DNA of 64,000 nucleotides from Octopus bimaculoides (taxonomy: Eukaryota): the NCBI RefSeq assembly GCF_001194135.2, contig NC_069005.1, positions 566,521 to 630,520 of the forward strand. Reading direction: 5' to 3'. The notes beneath the pieces were generated by a model. It saw only the letters and a program-made list of their open reading frames with translations, did not search any database and was not told the DNA's origin. The position numbers were made by a program, and so were the translations under genes. This document shows positions 62,363 to 64,000 of the stretch, piece by piece; within the stretch, counting starts at the first letter, position 1; each line of letters opens with the position of its first letter.

Positions 62363-62395
<33 letters not shown>

Positions 62396-64000
62396 CACGC
62401 ACACACACACACATATATACACACATTTTTTTGATATCGCAAAGGGATTAATTGCTGTTTGGTCAGCTGTCGATTTTTACCCATTTCCGTTCTGCCAACA
62501 TCTTCAACCGCACCATCATTTATCCTTATTTTTTTCTTTTATTTCCCCCCGTCTTTCCATTCTGCACCTCCACTCTATACAAGGCCATAACCACCATCTT
62601 CTCTCGTACAAAACACTTGTCCGACACTTACCACCATCGAACCACTCATTACACACCAAGCCAACCATCCGTCCACCACATCTCCATCATGCTTTACCAT
62701 CGTCTCACCGCCACTTCTATATATTTTTTCTTTTTTTACCCCTTTCCTTCCGACAATAGTATGGGAGTCCTAGGTACAATGACAGCTCCTCCAAAACTCT
62801 GCTGTACAAAAAGACAAAACCAAAAAATGCATCAAACAATAAAAATAAATGAAAATTGGACGGTCACGGCTGGAATGTCTCCCCCCATTCCATGTGACTT
62901 TAGCCTTAAACTTCTATTTTCTCCTTATTTCAAACCTCAGCTCTAACAATCTTTTGCTTTACAGTTTCCATGAGAGAACCTCTTTTATCTTTTTTTATTT
63001 CTGATTGCCATTTTATTTGTCTATTTATTTTTCTCCGAAATATACCAATCTCGCCTTATTTAGTCATTTTTCTCGACTCCGGCTGGTCCGACTCTGTAGT
63101 TGCTGCTCCACTTCAAATGTCACCACCTCCTCCTCCACCGCCACCACCACTGCTATGACCATCGCCGCCGCCATCAAAACAACAATAACAAAAAACTACC
63201 AGTCACCCACCCACTTTTGTTGTTCTGTTTGCCGATTCGGGTATATTTTTGAATGTTGTTTATTGATACATCTGTTCGATCCTGTTAGGGGTGTGTGTCT
63301 GTGTTATTGCCGTGTTAAGCATTACAGATCCGTAATTAAATCTGTTTGTTAATGAAAGACAATTTGCTTTGCGTGTCTAAATAGATTTCATTAAATCTTC
63401 CTCTTTCTCTCCCATACACACCCACATTATATATGCATGCACATATATATGTATGTATACATATATACTGATTTGTGAATGTGCATATATATATATATAA
63501 TGTGTGTGTGTGTGTGCATACGCTTTTTCAAAAACAAACAAAGAAAGCAATATTCTATATTCTTGAATAATTACAAAATATTCTACAAAAATATATTTTT
63601 AAGAAATGGACTTCCGCGACTAGTTTTAACACTGACTGGGCAATTCAATTTTTTTTAAAAATTGAAAAGGTACTGAGACATTTTGCTACAATCATTAATT
63701 ATGTTTATAATAATTAGTAATATCTATTATAATTAATAATGCCTTTTCTGACGATGTCAACAAAACGTATGATGAGAAATAATATTTTTTAAAAAATACC
63801 AACATTTCCATTTAGTAACTTGTATTTTAAGTATAACCTTTTAATTTCTGAAGCAAAAACAAACAAAATAAAACTTAAATCTTCTTCGTAGTCGGTGTTG
63901 ACTTCGTAAATTTAATTCTTGCGTGTGTCTTGAGTCCTTAACTTTGGAGTTATTTGTAACGTCGCTCCGGTCGAGTTCGGGGCCCGGCTTCAGACACAGT

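Noticed and set aside
62452-62946. 164-aa ORF
   Set aside because: Pyrimidine/C-A-rich low-complexity sequence running into repeat family D; no domain
1-64000. tRNA genes, rRNA, snoRNAs or CRISPR-like arrays
   Set aside because: B-box-like motifs belong to SINE heads without cloverleafs; no repeat-spacer array or convincing C/D or H/ACA RNA was seen

Overview
AT-rich eukaryotic genomic DNA, dense in microsatellites and SINEs, with six N gaps. The repeat families suggest an octopus/cephalopod genome (inference). Two spliced genes were reconstructed by hand from GT-AG junctions with consistent reading-frame phases. They are arranged tail to tail. (1) A KIF12-like kinesin on the + strand: 18 coding exons, 3570-24059, about 646 codons, start exon not found. 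(2) NCBP3 (nuclear cap-binding protein subunit 3) on the - strand: 12 coding exons, 44583-31895, 615 aa, complete. The rest is introns and intergenic DNA with SINEs, MITEs and decayed remnants of RTE, R4/Dong-like, L2/CR1, Penelope, mariner and maT(DD37D)-like elements. I found no supportable gene in 44.7-64 kb. I see no clear-cut new biological system. The best leads are a near-perfect 75-bp-stem intronic hairpin with a UAG A-C mismatch beside a KIF12 exon (candidate ADAR substrate), inverted SINE pairs bracketing a frame-preserving 4-exon cassette, and a 522-bp non-autonomous element with perfect 37-bp GG-starting TIRs and an 8-bp TSD (Merlin-like). All family assignments come from motif recognition, not database searches.
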